Positions 39,683 to 48,271 are shown, counted from the first letter of the stretch. The stretch is DNA of 64,000 nucleotides from an uncultured Candidatus Saccharibacteria bacterium (GCA_964620475.1 CAZUJN010000001.1:83497-147496); one strand, 5' to 3'. Made by a program: numbers and translations. The notes: generated from the sequence alone by a model not told the origin.

Positions 39683-40235
39683 ACTTTCTATTTATAAAAA
39701 CACTCATTAGAGAGTTTAATAATATCATTACTATTGAATGTAATGATGTAGCTATATTATGAGTTTGCAATGTTAATAAAGTTAATATATGCCTAGTCAC
39801 ATTCATTTCATATAATATAGATTTTTCACTTTTTGGATCTTTATATGTTTTGATCAGTGTTGGTATAAAGGCAATAAAATCTATACTTACAACAGTGATG
39901 ACTGATATAGTTGGATCTTTTGTTAATATCCAAGGTATTAAACCCAATAATGCCAAGGCTAAAAAATAATGATCGATTTTTCTAACATGATTAAAGCCAT
40001 ATTGTAATGAGAATAAGAATATTATTATTGTAAATATCTCTGCTGTGGCGGTTGGTATAACACCAATACCACCACCTTTTACCAAAGCCCCAAAGAATGT
40101 AACCGCTGAAACTATACTCCATATAAACCAGGTATAAGGATGAGGCTTGATTTTCTTTTTGATTATATCTATGAGATAGGGGATATTACCTATTATCGCC
40201 ATTATTACAGCTACAATTACCAAAGATTCTTTCAT
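39654..40235 (-). CDS. membrane protein, hypothetical
   Basis: The likely start is MKESLVIVAV (Met46 of the track ORF). The upstream 45 codons run through the terminator of the neighbouring GC-rich gene. Six TM helices. Confidence 0.4.
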   Translation of the reverse strand: MKESLVIVAVIMAIIGNIPYLIDIIKKKIKPHPYTWFIWSIVSAVTFFGALVKGGGIGVIPTATAEIFTIIIFLFSLQYGFNHVRKIDHYFLALALLGLIPWILTKDPTISVITVVSIDFIAFIPTLIKTYKDPKSEKSILYEMNVTRHILTLLTLQTHNIATSLHSIVMILLNSLMSVFINRKSTPSLPNTQ

Positions 40236-40272
40236 GATTATAATCTTATCATAAAAAACACCCCAGCCGCTT

Positions 40273-40512
40273 TCACGGCTGGGTGGAGATTGCTTCTTCA
40301 AGTAGTCGGTCGAATCCATCGTTAACGACAACGATAACCTGAATGTATTGCACTTGTATGAACGTGCCATCAGGTGTAAATGAAGCCTTTGTGCTAGCGG
40401 TGTTTAACTGATCCCGCGCGAGTTGTTCTAACTGTTGTCTCTCCGCTTCGGTCTCTGGTATCAACACCATAAGGCAGAGTCCGTTTTGGGATTGTGGTGT
40501 TTCGATTCTCAT
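40273..40512 (-). CDS. small soluble hypothetical protein on a GC-rich (~50%) patch
   Basis: 79 aa (MRIETPQSQNGLCLMVLIPETEAERQQLEQLARDQL...). Followed on the minus strand by the hairpin cccagccg-tgaaa-cggctggg plus T6. Confidence 0.35.
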   Translation of the reverse strand: MRIETPQSQNGLCLMVLIPETEAERQQLEQLARDQLNTASTKASFTPDGTFIQVQYIQVIVVVNDGFDRLLEEAISTQP

Positions 40513-40586
40513 GTAGGTGAGGGTTTAACTTCTTGAAAATACCATAAAGGTATGGTTTTGTAAACTACTATGATAAAATATTATTC

Positions 40587-41423
40587 ATGATAAAAAAGAC
40601 ACTTTTATTTATATTAAAAATATTAGTAATACTTATAATATTACTTCTAATTTTTATATTTTCTATATATTCATTTATAAAACCTTCAAATAATAGAGAT
40701 TGGAATAATGATCAAAAAGTTTTATCAACAGCAACAGTGAAAGGTGATATTGTTTCCATAAAAAACATCAGAGATTTTAGATATGCATCTACAACATCTT
40801 ACACGGAACATTATTATGATAAAGATTATGATTTAAATAAATTAAAAAGAGTTTGGTATATAGTGGAACCTTTTTCTGGTATCGCTGGATCCGCTCATAC
40901 TTTTTTGAGTTTTGAATTTGAAGATAATGTGTTTTTATCTGTGTCTGTTGAGATAAGAAAAGAGAAAGGTGAATCTTTTCATCCTATAAAAGGATTATTT
41001 AATAAATATGAACTCATGTATGTTTTAGCTGATGAAAAAGATGTTGTTGATCTTCGTATTAATCATAGAAAAGATCAAGTGTTTATTTATCCAATAAAGA
41101 TTTCAAAAGAGAAAAATAAAGAATTGTTTATGAGTATAATTGATAGAGTAAATAAACTATATAATAAACCAGAATTTTACAATACAATTACAAATACATG
41201 TACTACAAATATAGTTAAACATGTAAATGACATAAGTCCTCATAAAATACCTTGGTATGATAAGAGAATAATGTTTCCTGCAGATTCGGATGAATTAGCT
41301 TATAGTTTAGGGCTTATAGATACGGATTTACCTTATGATAAAATAAGGGAAAAATTCAATGTTAATAAGAAGGGTGAGATGTATAAGGGTGATGATGATT
41401 TTTCGGTGAAGATAAGGGAGTAA
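40587..41423 (+). CDS. DUF4105-like exported protein
   Basis: 278 aa. N-terminal TM/signal helix, and an ...YNTITNTCTTN... Cys motif typical of the DUF4105 / Lnb N-terminal domain. Confidence 0.5.
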   Translation: MIKKTLLFILKILVILIILLLIFIFSIYSFIKPSNNRDWNNDQKVLSTATVKGDIVSIKNIRDFRYASTTSYTEHYYDKDYDLNKLKRVWYIVEPFSGIAGSAHTFLSFEFEDNVFLSVSVEIRKEKGESFHPIKGLFNKYELMYVLADEKDVVDLRINHRKDQVFIYPIKISKEKNKELFMSIIDRVNKLYNKPEFYNTITNTCTTNIVKHVNDISPHKIPWYDKRIMFPADSDELAYSLGLIDTDLPYDKIREKFNVNKKGEMYKGDDDFSVKIRE

Positions 41424-41458
41424 AACAAAAAACCTATCAACGGCTGATAGTTTTTTTG
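41424..41458. terminator. bidirectional terminator
   Basis: ctatca-acggc-tgatag between an A-run and a T7-run. Confidence 0.6.
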
Positions 41459-41465
41459 TCTATTA

Positions 41466-42047
41466 TTATCTGAATGTGTGTCTAAACCAATTCAACATCT
41501 TATGGAACATACCGTTCGCATTTGGATTCGTTGAAGATGCATTCATCATTCTTCTATCAACATCTCTGTTTCTTAGGTTTGGATCTATTATCGTTACACT
41601 CTTAGCACTTATAGACTTAGTTGTAGTTGATAATTCTCCTGCAACCATAACATGTTGACCTGTTGTTAATGATGAGAAGGGTACAGTAGATGTACCATTT
41701 CTATATGTTGTACTCGCATCTGTATTTACAGTATATGTAGTAGTAGCATTGTTTCTACCGATATTATCTATTGTAAATGTACTTGATGAAATACTTGATA
41801 CAACACCACCTATACCCATCATGTTTTGCATCATTGGTCTTGTAGAAGTTGAATGATTTCTCGGTTGCATCATTCTAGTTGATGTACCGTTTCTATAATC
41901 ATCATCTCTTCTTGGTCCTTGCATCATAGCACCTCGGTTATCAGCACTTGATATTGTTGGTATTACCGCAACAATAAAAGTTGATATTAATAAACCAGAT
42001 ATAATCTTATTATTTTTCATGTTAAGTTTTTTATTATTATTTTGCAC
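41466..42047 (-). CDS. secreted low-complexity protein rich in Met/Asn/Thr/Ser
   Basis: 193 aa. Signal peptide, then MMQGPRR..MMQPRN..PMMQNMMG repeats. Confidence 0.4.
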   Translation of the reverse strand: MQNNNKKLNMKNNKIISGLLISTFIVAVIPTISSADNRGAMMQGPRRDDDYRNGTSTRMMQPRNHSTSTRPMMQNMMGIGGVVSSISSSTFTIDNIGRNNATTTYTVNTDASTTYRNGTSTVPFSSLTTGQHVMVAGELSTTTKSISAKSVTIIDPNLRNRDVDRRMMNASSTNPNANGMFHKMLNWFRHTFR

Positions 42048-42107
42048 TTAACTATATATACGTAGAGTTGGGGAGTTTTATTACAGATAAGGTGATAGAA
42101 TATAAAT

Positions 42108-42806
42108 ATGTCACAAGAATCTTTTAATGCAACAGAAAATAAAATAGAAATCAGTGAGTCTACCTATGACTCTGAAAATGAATCGATTAAACCTGTTGAT
42201 AATGTTAAAAAACAAGAAGAAATAGTCAGAAGGGAACAAAACAGATTAAATCAACTTAATGAAGTCAGGGAAAAACTTGGTCTTTTAAATAAAGATTCTA
42301 TACAACCTACTGGTATCAGAAAAATTATCTCAGATAAGGTTAACGCGGGGGAAGAATTATCAATGTTGGAGAGAATAAAATCAGGAAGAGATAGAGTGTA
42401 CACGGGTAATGACATTGAAGGAATGAATATAAAACCAGATCATGCATATCGTGCAGTAGATTTAAATACATTGAAAAAGTATATATATCATGGAAATGTT
42501 GAAGGTGAACATGAAAAGCCTGATGTATGGAAAGAAGGTGATAATCGTGGTGTTGATTGGTACCTCGGTGGTGTCGCCCCAAAGTACGGTGAATATATTA
42601 TTGAAGCACCTGCTAATCCTGATAAATTCACAATCGCTGATTTACATGATAATAGTATTCTGTCATCAGATCTATCTGTAAGACATATAAAATCAGAGGG
42701 TGGTACAAATAACTCTGTTGATTTATCTGATACCAATTTATATAAATTAAATAAAACTGAAGAAGGTAAGTTGAGAGCAGAATCGGTAGATGTTAATAAT
42801 ATATAA
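42108..42806 (+). CDS. hypothetical protein
   Basis: 232 aa, acidic N-terminus, no recognisable motif. Confidence 0.35.
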   Translation: MSQESFNATENKIEISESTYDSENESIKPVDNVKKQEEIVRREQNRLNQLNEVREKLGLLNKDSIQPTGIRKIISDKVNAGEELSMLERIKSGRDRVYTGNDIEGMNIKPDHAYRAVDLNTLKKYIYHGNVEGEHEKPDVWKEGDNRGVDWYLGGVAPKYGEYIIEAPANPDKFTIADLHDNSILSSDLSVRHIKSEGGTNNSVDLSDTNLYKLNKTEEGKLRAESVDVNNI

Positions 42807-42808
42807 TT

Positions 42809-43309
42809 ATGTATAAAATTCATTTTCCTGATATAAGAGATTTTGAAGAGATGACTGCTATAGGTGAGCAGATCTTTAAAACTGAGGGTGATGACACACA
42901 GTCTAAGGCTTCTGTAGAAAATTGTTTGAGTATTTCTAAGATAGATAAATACTGCTATCTATCTGTAAAAGATGGTGACATAAATATAGCGTGGACTATA
43001 GTTTTACCTACATCTAAGGAAAATATGGATAAATTTCTAAATAAGGAAATAACAGAAGCCGAGTTGTCTGAATATTCAAAAGTCAATCCGTGTTCTGAGT
43101 GTTTGTATTTTATGGTTGCGGTAACGGTGCCAGAATATAGAGGTAGGGGATTAGCAACTTTTTTATTTGAAGAGCAGATTAAATATTTTATTGGTAAATA
43201 TAAAATAAATAATTTTTTTGGATGGATATTTAGCGAAGAAGGTAAAGCTTTGGCTCAAAAATTAAAACAAAAAGTTTCTGGAGTTAACGTTTTTATTTTG
43301 GATAGGTGA
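42809..43309 (+). CDS. GNAT-family N-acetyltransferase (probable)
   Basis: 166 aa. YRGRGLATFLFEE resembles the acetyl-CoA binding motif A. Confidence 0.5.
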   Translation: MYKIHFPDIRDFEEMTAIGEQIFKTEGDDTQSKASVENCLSISKIDKYCYLSVKDGDINIAWTIVLPTSKENMDKFLNKEITEAELSEYSKVNPCSECLYFMVAVTVPEYRGRGLATFLFEEQIKYFIGKYKINNFFGWIFSEEGKALAQKLKQKVSGVNVFILDR

Positions 43310-43728
43310 TTACATCGCCATTAATATAGCTCCAACAACTATTGCAAGAGCACCTATACTCTTTAATATTGTTAATGATTCGCTTAAGAATAATACTGAT
43401 AATACAAATACGAACACTATACTTGTTCTATCTATAGCCGCTACGGCAGTTACAGGACCAAGTTTTATAGCTAGAAAATAAAATAACCAGGATAATGCCC
43501 CAGATATACCTGAGAGTATTATGAATAATATTGCTTTATTATCTATAGTATTTAGAAAATTAAATTTACCTAATGAGAATGCTGTGATTATTAAAAATAC
43601 AGCCATGACAACAGAGCGTATTGTTGTCGCTAAAGTTGAGTCAATATTTTTTAAACCCATTTTACCGAAGATCGCAACAAGTGCTGCGAATATTGCGGAG
43701 AATAGGGCATAGATGGTCCAGTTCATGA
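43310..43728 (-). CDS. EamA/DMT-superfamily small membrane transporter
   Basis: The likely start is MNWTIYALF (139 aa, four TM helices). The track ORF extends upstream into the GC-rich neighbour's 3' element. Confidence 0.5.
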
Positions 43729-43756
43729 GGTTTATTATACACCTGAAGTTTGGAAA

Positions 43757-43801
43757 ATAAAAAACCGCTGGGACCTTTGTGGGTCCCGAGCGGGGAAGTG
43801 G
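43757..43801 (-). repeat. GC-rich terminator-like repeat, copy H1
   Basis: Minus-strand reading: cccacttccccgctcgggaccc-acaaa-ggtcccagcgg-tttttt. Lies 3' of ORF 43815..44333. Confidence 0.55.
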
Positions 43802-43814
43802 GAAAAGCCGAACA

Positions 43815-44333
43815 TCAATCTTCGTCGAACATCTCCATGAATTCTTTGAGGCGGGATTTGAGATCTTTTCCGACTCGGATTGAAACATTGGCGTCGCCGT
43901 CTTGTCCGTGACCTGGGCCTGGAATGCAAAGGAATTCTTCAAAGCGGATGTATTTGCCATTCTTGGCAGCATCACCGCCGTAGAGGTCGATCAGACCCTG
44001 GCCATCTTCGGCCTCGCACTCACCTGAGAGACCGAAAGCTGTCATCAGATCTTGGGTAGTCATGATAATGAATCCTTCGGTCCAGGTACGAATCAGGCCG
44101 TGGTCCATCTTGTATTTGATCAGCCATTCGCCACCTTCCTTGTCTTGGGGGTGATGGTTTTTGGCAATGGTCATGTTGAGATGTTTGATAGACCCGATGA
44201 CTAATTCTCTGTTTGGAGTGGTGACACTGTTGTATCCACGGATCATCACTTTGTTACCCCCTGGGTGATACCAGATTGGATACCCGGCCAAGGTTCTTCG
44301 AGGGGTGGAGGGTGTGATTTGGTTTGTCGTCAT
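43815..44333 (-). CDS. hypothetical protein encoded by a GC-rich (~50%) gene
   Basis: 172 aa. GC is about 20 points above background. No motif recognised. Confidence 0.4.
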   Translation of the reverse strand: MTTNQITPSTPRRTLAGYPIWYHPGGNKVMIRGYNSVTTPNRELVIGSIKHLNMTIAKNHHPQDKEGGEWLIKYKMDHGLIRTWTEGFIIMTTQDLMTAFGLSGECEAEDGQGLIDLYGGDAAKNGKYIRFEEFLCIPGPGHGQDGDANVSIRVGKDLKSRLKEFMEMFDED

Positions 44334-44430
44334 TGCAATGTTTGTTGAGGTTTCTGACTTTTACAGGTTACAATAAAATGTTGTTTGTGTAAACCATATA
44401 GAATGTGTGTTAAATGTGACACATCTATTT

Positions 44431-44988
44431 TTATTTGATTTGAAAATTAAATTGCCCAGCTATATCTTTTACAAATTCTTCAACTGATACTCCTTTTTTA
44501 TTGGCACTATGCTCAGCTTGCTCTTTATTGTTTACTGAAATTATTTTATCCATTATTGATTTTATCCCTATATCACCAATAACTTTATTATTTGTAACAT
44601 CATAAACTATAGATTGAACATTTAAAGGGGTGCCTGATAGGAAATTTTCTATAGTTGGTTCAAGACCTCGTCTGAGTATAGAGTGTATGCTTTTTAATGG
44701 TATATAATCTATTTCATATTTTGGTCCTATAAGTTTAGGGTTTCCATAACTGTTAACATCCATACTCCATCCGTCAGGTAGAGATATAGGTTGTTCCTCT
44801 TCAACTATAAAATCAAGATCGACATCTTTTGATACAGGTGTTCCATACATCTCTTGTATTATAGAGCGACAAACAAAACCACCTATTAGATATATATTTC
44901 CTTTAGAATTTGATTTTACTATTTCTATAGATTCTTTAAATTCAGGGAAGGTGTTTGCAATTTTTAAAAATGATTCGGTGGGGGACAT
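44431..44988 (-). CDS. minimal nucleotidyltransferase (Pol-beta superfamily) fold protein, probable
   Basis: 185 aa. LIGGFVCRS...SKDVDLDFIV resembles the G[GS]...DhD NTase motif. Confidence 0.35.
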   Translation of the reverse strand: MSPTESFLKIANTFPEFKESIEIVKSNSKGNIYLIGGFVCRSIIQEMYGTPVSKDVDLDFIVEEEQPISLPDGWSMDVNSYGNPKLIGPKYEIDYIPLKSIHSILRRGLEPTIENFLSGTPLNVQSIVYDVTNNKVIGDIGIKSIMDKIISVNNKEQAEHSANKKGVSVEEFVKDIAGQFNFQIK

Positions 44989-45016
44989 GGGATTATTGTA
45001 GCATTGTGTTTAGAGA

Positions 45017-45069
45017 AAATAAAAAACCGCCGGGACCTTGTGTGTCCCGAGCGGGGGGGGCGATTGGGG
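45017..45069 (-). repeat. GC-rich terminator-like repeat, copy H2 (contains a C8 tract on the coding strand)
   Basis: Minus-strand reading: ccccaatcgccccccccgctcgggac-acacaa-ggtcccggcgg-tttttt. Lies 3' of ORF 45079..45603. About 80% identical to H1 over ~40 nt. Confidence 0.55.
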
Positions 45070-45078
45070 ATGTTAATC

Positions 45079-45603
45079 TCATGCAGCATTGGTATCGATT
45101 TTTAATGCGGTTGCCAGCCGTATGAATCTAGCCCAGGCTGTGTTCAATGTGCTAGTCCCGTAGTCGATCAATACTAGCTTACCGTCGATTTTACGCCAAT
45201 TTGATGCGGCTGGGTCATGAGAACCAGAATCACTGAGTAGCTCTTTGAGTTCAGATGGAAGTTTGTCATAAAATTTTTGTATTTCTTCTTGTGTGACATT
45301 TTCTTCCCCTCTGTATCTCTGAAAGTTGATTATACCAATTGTAAATACCGGTTCGATAAACTGTTTGAATGACATGACTTTTGTTACATACCAAGATAGC
45401 ATGCATTCTGATATATTGGATGCCATACCATAAAGTATTGATTCATAAAAGTTTGCAGGGATTGATCGTAAGAATTTCCAAAAACCTCGTCTGAATTCAA
45501 ATGATCTTTTATATTTATCAATACGAAAAGACGGAAACTTGATGACCAATAAGTTGAATAAGATGAGAGCTGTTCTAGAATTACCAAATCTGATTTTGAG
45601 CAT
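45079..45603 (-). CDS. small protein-kinase-like-fold protein (Kdo/lipopolysaccharide-kinase-like catalytic loop)
   Basis: 174 aa. C-terminal SHDPAASNW...LVLIDYG resembles the HxDxxxxN catalytic loop plus a DxG/DYG motif. Only the 3' ~170 nt encoding these motifs is GC-rich. Confidence 0.35.
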   Translation of the reverse strand: MLKIRFGNSRTALILFNLLVIKFPSFRIDKYKRSFEFRRGFWKFLRSIPANFYESILYGMASNISECMLSWYVTKVMSFKQFIEPVFTIGIINFQRYRGEENVTQEEIQKFYDKLPSELKELLSDSGSHDPAASNWRKIDGKLVLIDYGTSTLNTAWARFIRLATALKIDTNAA

Positions 45604-45672
45604 GGTTTTGTTATGTTAGGTTTAACTCAAATACAATACATAAAATATCTAGGTGTGTAAATAGGTGAGATT

Positions 45673-45754
45673 TGACCATTACATGGTCAGTACACCTTTG
45701 CTATTTTTTCAAATTCTGCGAATTTTCGAAAATAAGGTAAAGCTTTTCGAATCT
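45673..45754 (+). repeat. hairpin-containing repeat, copy A (family A/B/C)
   Basis: tgaccattacatggtcagtacacc...gaattctgcgaatt...aagcttttcgaatct. About 80% identical to copy B. Confidence 0.5.
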
Positions 45755-45810
45755 TTAAAAATTCAATAAGTTGAGAGCTCCACAAAGATTGTTTATGATA
45801 TAATCGTTAA

Positions 45811-46317
45811 ATGAATAAGATAATAATTATTGGTTGTCCCGCTTCAGGTAAGTCAACTCTAGGTAATAAACTTGCAAATATTCTAGATATACCTATTTTC
45901 CATTTGGATAAGATATTTTGGATACAACCTGGAGGAATCAAACAAGATATATTTTTTGCTAAACAAAAGGAGATAATTAAGGGTAACGAAAAATGGATTA
46001 TTGATGGTGATTTTGTAAGATCAAAATCGTTTGATTTTCGCGTTGAGAATTCTGATTTGATAGTTATATATGAATTATCAAAGATCTTAATTTATTGGAG
46101 ATTATTTAAAAGATTTGTGAAGGATTATGGAAAAACTCGTTCAGATATGCCTGAAAATAGAAAGGAGACATTTAAAACGATGTTCGGTGTTATCAAATAT
46201 ATATGGTCTTATAATAACGATTTTGCAGTGGAAAAGATCGATAAGGTTGGTATGAAGGATAAGATTGTTTTAATAAAATCAACTGAAGATGAAATAAATT
46301 TTTTAAGAAGATTTTAA
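45811..46317 (+). CDS. P-loop NTPase of the FlaR / topology-modulation, adenylate-kinase-like family
   Basis: 168 aa. MNKIIIIGCPASGKSTLGNKLA (Walker A) and IFHLDKIFW. Confidence 0.6.
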   Translation: MNKIIIIGCPASGKSTLGNKLANILDIPIFHLDKIFWIQPGGIKQDIFFAKQKEIIKGNEKWIIDGDFVRSKSFDFRVENSDLIVIYELSKILIYWRLFKRFVKDYGKTRSDMPENRKETFKTMFGVIKYIWSYNNDFAVEKIDKVGMKDKIVLIKSTEDEINFLRRF

Positions 46318-46338
46318 AATTTATTAATTAATATCATC

Positions 46339-46359
46339 TCATCACAGGTGATGATTTTT
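46339..46359 (+). terminator. rho-independent terminator
   Basis: tcatca-cagg-tgatga followed by ttttt. Confidence 0.5.
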
Positions 46360-46410
46360 AAAGTTTTATCTTTCGAAAGCTACGCTTTCTCTACACTATA
46401 ATATGTCATT

Positions 46411-46431
46411 GCGGAGGAGGTGAGATTCGAA
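46411..46431 (-). mobile_element. 21-nt duplicate of the tRNA-Ser 3' end (att-type direct repeat; left boundary of the integrated element)
   Basis: gcggaggaggtgagattcgaa is identical to 61977-61997 inside the tRNA-Ser gene. Confidence 0.6.
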
Positions 46432-46524
46432 GCTTACAGCTTCAGTACCACAAGGGCATTTCTCAGAAATAAAGGAGAACCTTTTCGAATCTCTCGAGGA
46501 AGTGCATAGTTGCACTTCCTCTCC
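46429..46524 (+). repeat. hairpin-containing repeat, copy C (tRNA-Ser-like remnant) of family A/B/C
   Basis: gaagcttacagcttcagtacca...ccttttcgaatctc-tcgaggaagtgcatagttgcacttcc-tctcc. Its 3' block matches copy B. Confidence 0.5.
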
Positions 46525-46695
46525 TTACAAAAACAAAAACACCCTTTCGAATGTTTTGTTTTTTGTGGAGGATCGTAGAGTCTATTCGAACTTATTATAT
46601 TAAAAACAGCGCATAACTATGTAAAGTTAATACGCTGTGGTTGAAAGTTTTAAGAGAGTTGAATTCTACGGTTACTTCACCGAGTGGGTATACCA

Positions 46696-47115
46696 CTATT
46701 TAAACAAGTCTTCACCGGCTAGAAACTTGGGGGTTGTCGGCTCGGAGGTGTAGAGCTTGACCGAGTTTTTGAAGATGCTTGTACCTAACTCCTCACCTTC
46801 AATGCCGATTATCGAGAATGCCAGGATACTTTGATCGAAACCAAAGTTGGCATAGGCGACATACCGTTTGCCGTTTAACTCGACAGTTAGCTTTTCTCCT
46901 AGTTTAAACTGGCCTGTAACTGTCATCTTTTTCGACCGAAAAAGATTATTTTCTGGGATCTTATGCCACAACGAACCCTCAACCCTTCCTGATATGTAGG
47001 CACCACTTACAGGACAACGGGTTATTCTATAGAAAGGGAAATCTTTCCAGAGGGTGGAAATTCCGTCAAATCCAACGAGTGAAAAGTGGGTGAGTGTAAA
47101 GGTCTTGGTTTTCAT
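46696..47115 (-). CDS. hypothetical protein encoded by a GC-rich (~45%) gene
   Basis: 139 aa, no motif recognised. Confidence 0.35.
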   Translation of the reverse strand: MKTKTFTLTHFSLVGFDGISTLWKDFPFYRITRCPVSGAYISGRVEGSLWHKIPENNLFRSKKMTVTGQFKLGEKLTVELNGKRYVAYANFGFDQSILAFSIIGIEGEELGTSIFKNSVKLYTSEPTTPKFLAGEDLFK

Positions 47116-47270
47116 AATGATTGGTGTTTGTTTTGGTTTAATGTGCTTTTCTGTCAGTCACTTGACCAACTGGGTAAAGTATATCATGATATTATATATT
47201 GATATTTTTATAAAACAAACTATATAAATAAATACTTATAAATAAAGGCTATATTAATTTTATATTAATT

Positions 47271-48107
47271 TTGTTCGTAAAAATTGACAAAATTAAATCA
47301 AAAATATACACTATCTACATGAATAACCAAGATCTAAAAACCAAAGTTGAGCGAGCAGGCTTAACTGATAAAGAATCGGCCACATATAGTGCACTTATTG
47401 AGCTGGGCGGAGCTTTTCCTTCCAAAATAGCCGAATATACAAAACTTAATCGAAGTACTGTATATAAGGTATTATTAGATCTTTCTGTAAAAGGGTTGGT
47501 TAGTGAGATAAAGAAGAAAAATAAGTTGTATTATCAGATTGAAAACCCTACTCGACTTGTAAGATATGCAAAAGATAAGGTAAAGATAGCAGAAGAACAG
47601 TTGGAGTACATGTCTAAACTGGTTCCTCAAATAGAAGGATTATATTCATTACTTTCAAATAAGCCAAAGATTTCATATTTTGAAAATATAGACGGCATCC
47701 TTTCTATATATGAGGATCAAATATCGGGAACCAAGAAATATGAAATGTTAGCATTTTCTAATACAACAGAAATAGAGAATGTTTTTCCGAAAGATTTTTT
47801 CACCAGATATAGAAGAGCAAAAGAGAAAATAGGTATTACAACAAGGGGTCTTATTCCTGATACTGAAAGGGATGAATCATTTGTAAATAGAATGTATGAC
47901 GGATATAAAAAAGAGGTTATTCCTCAGGTAAAATATGTTCCAGCAAAAGATTTTCCATTTAAAGGTGAGATTACTATTTATGGAGATAAAAAAGTTTCTA
48001 TTGTAAATCTAAATAAAGAATATTTTACTGGTCTAATTATTGAAGACCAAACAATTCATAACATGATGAGAATGATATTTGAATTGTCTTGGAAAGGGGT
48101 TAAGTAG
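47271..48107 (+). CDS. TrmB-family winged-helix transcriptional regulator (paralogue-like of 26287..27081)
   Basis: 278 aa. N-terminal HTH ESATYSALIELGGAFPSKIAEYTKLNRSTVYKVLLDL. Confidence 0.5.
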   Translation: MFVKIDKIKSKIYTIYMNNQDLKTKVERAGLTDKESATYSALIELGGAFPSKIAEYTKLNRSTVYKVLLDLSVKGLVSEIKKKNKLYYQIENPTRLVRYAKDKVKIAEEQLEYMSKLVPQIEGLYSLLSNKPKISYFENIDGILSIYEDQISGTKKYEMLAFSNTTEIENVFPKDFFTRYRRAKEKIGITTRGLIPDTERDESFVNRMYDGYKKEVIPQVKYVPAKDFPFKGEITIYGDKKVSIVNLNKEYFTGLIIEDQTIHNMMRMIFELSWKGVK

Positions 48108-48118
48108 GGAAATAGATT

Positions 48119-48235
48119 CGGTCCTTACAGGATCAGTACACCTTTTCTCGTTTTATCGAATTCTACGAATTCTCAAAACATAGAAAAGCTTTTCGAATCT
48201 CCCACGGAAGCAAAGCGGTTTGCTTCCTCTTCTCC
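48119..48235 (+). repeat. hairpin-containing repeat, copy B (family A/B/C), followed by a terminator
   Basis: cggtccttacaggatcagtacacc...gaattctacgaattc...aagcttttcgaatctc-ccacggaagcaaagcggtttgcttcc-tcttctcc. Confidence 0.5.
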
Positions 48236-48240
48236 TAATT

Positions 48241-48271
48241 AAAAACAATCACCTGGCGGTGATTGTTTTTC
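48241..48271 (+). terminator. rho-independent terminator
   Basis: caatcacc-tggc-ggtgattg followed by ttttt. Confidence 0.55.

Noticed and set aside
40300-40320. T-loop-like ggtcgaatcc suggesting a tRNA
   Set aside because: No acceptor stem, D-arm or anticodon-arm pairing can be built around it, and it lies inside the ORF 40273..40512.
39654-40370. Full-length 238-aa version of the membrane protein ORF
   Set aside because: The first 45 codons read through the GC hairpin terminator of the upstream gene. The start was moved to Met46 (40235).
45673-48235. CRISPR array hypothesis for the A/B/C repeats
   Set aside because: Only three copies with irregular spacing (~0.7 and 1.6 kb), a variable repeat length of 80-115 nt, genes between them, and no cas genes. 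The spacing and length fit dispersed att/tRNA-like remnants or an sRNA family rather than CRISPR.
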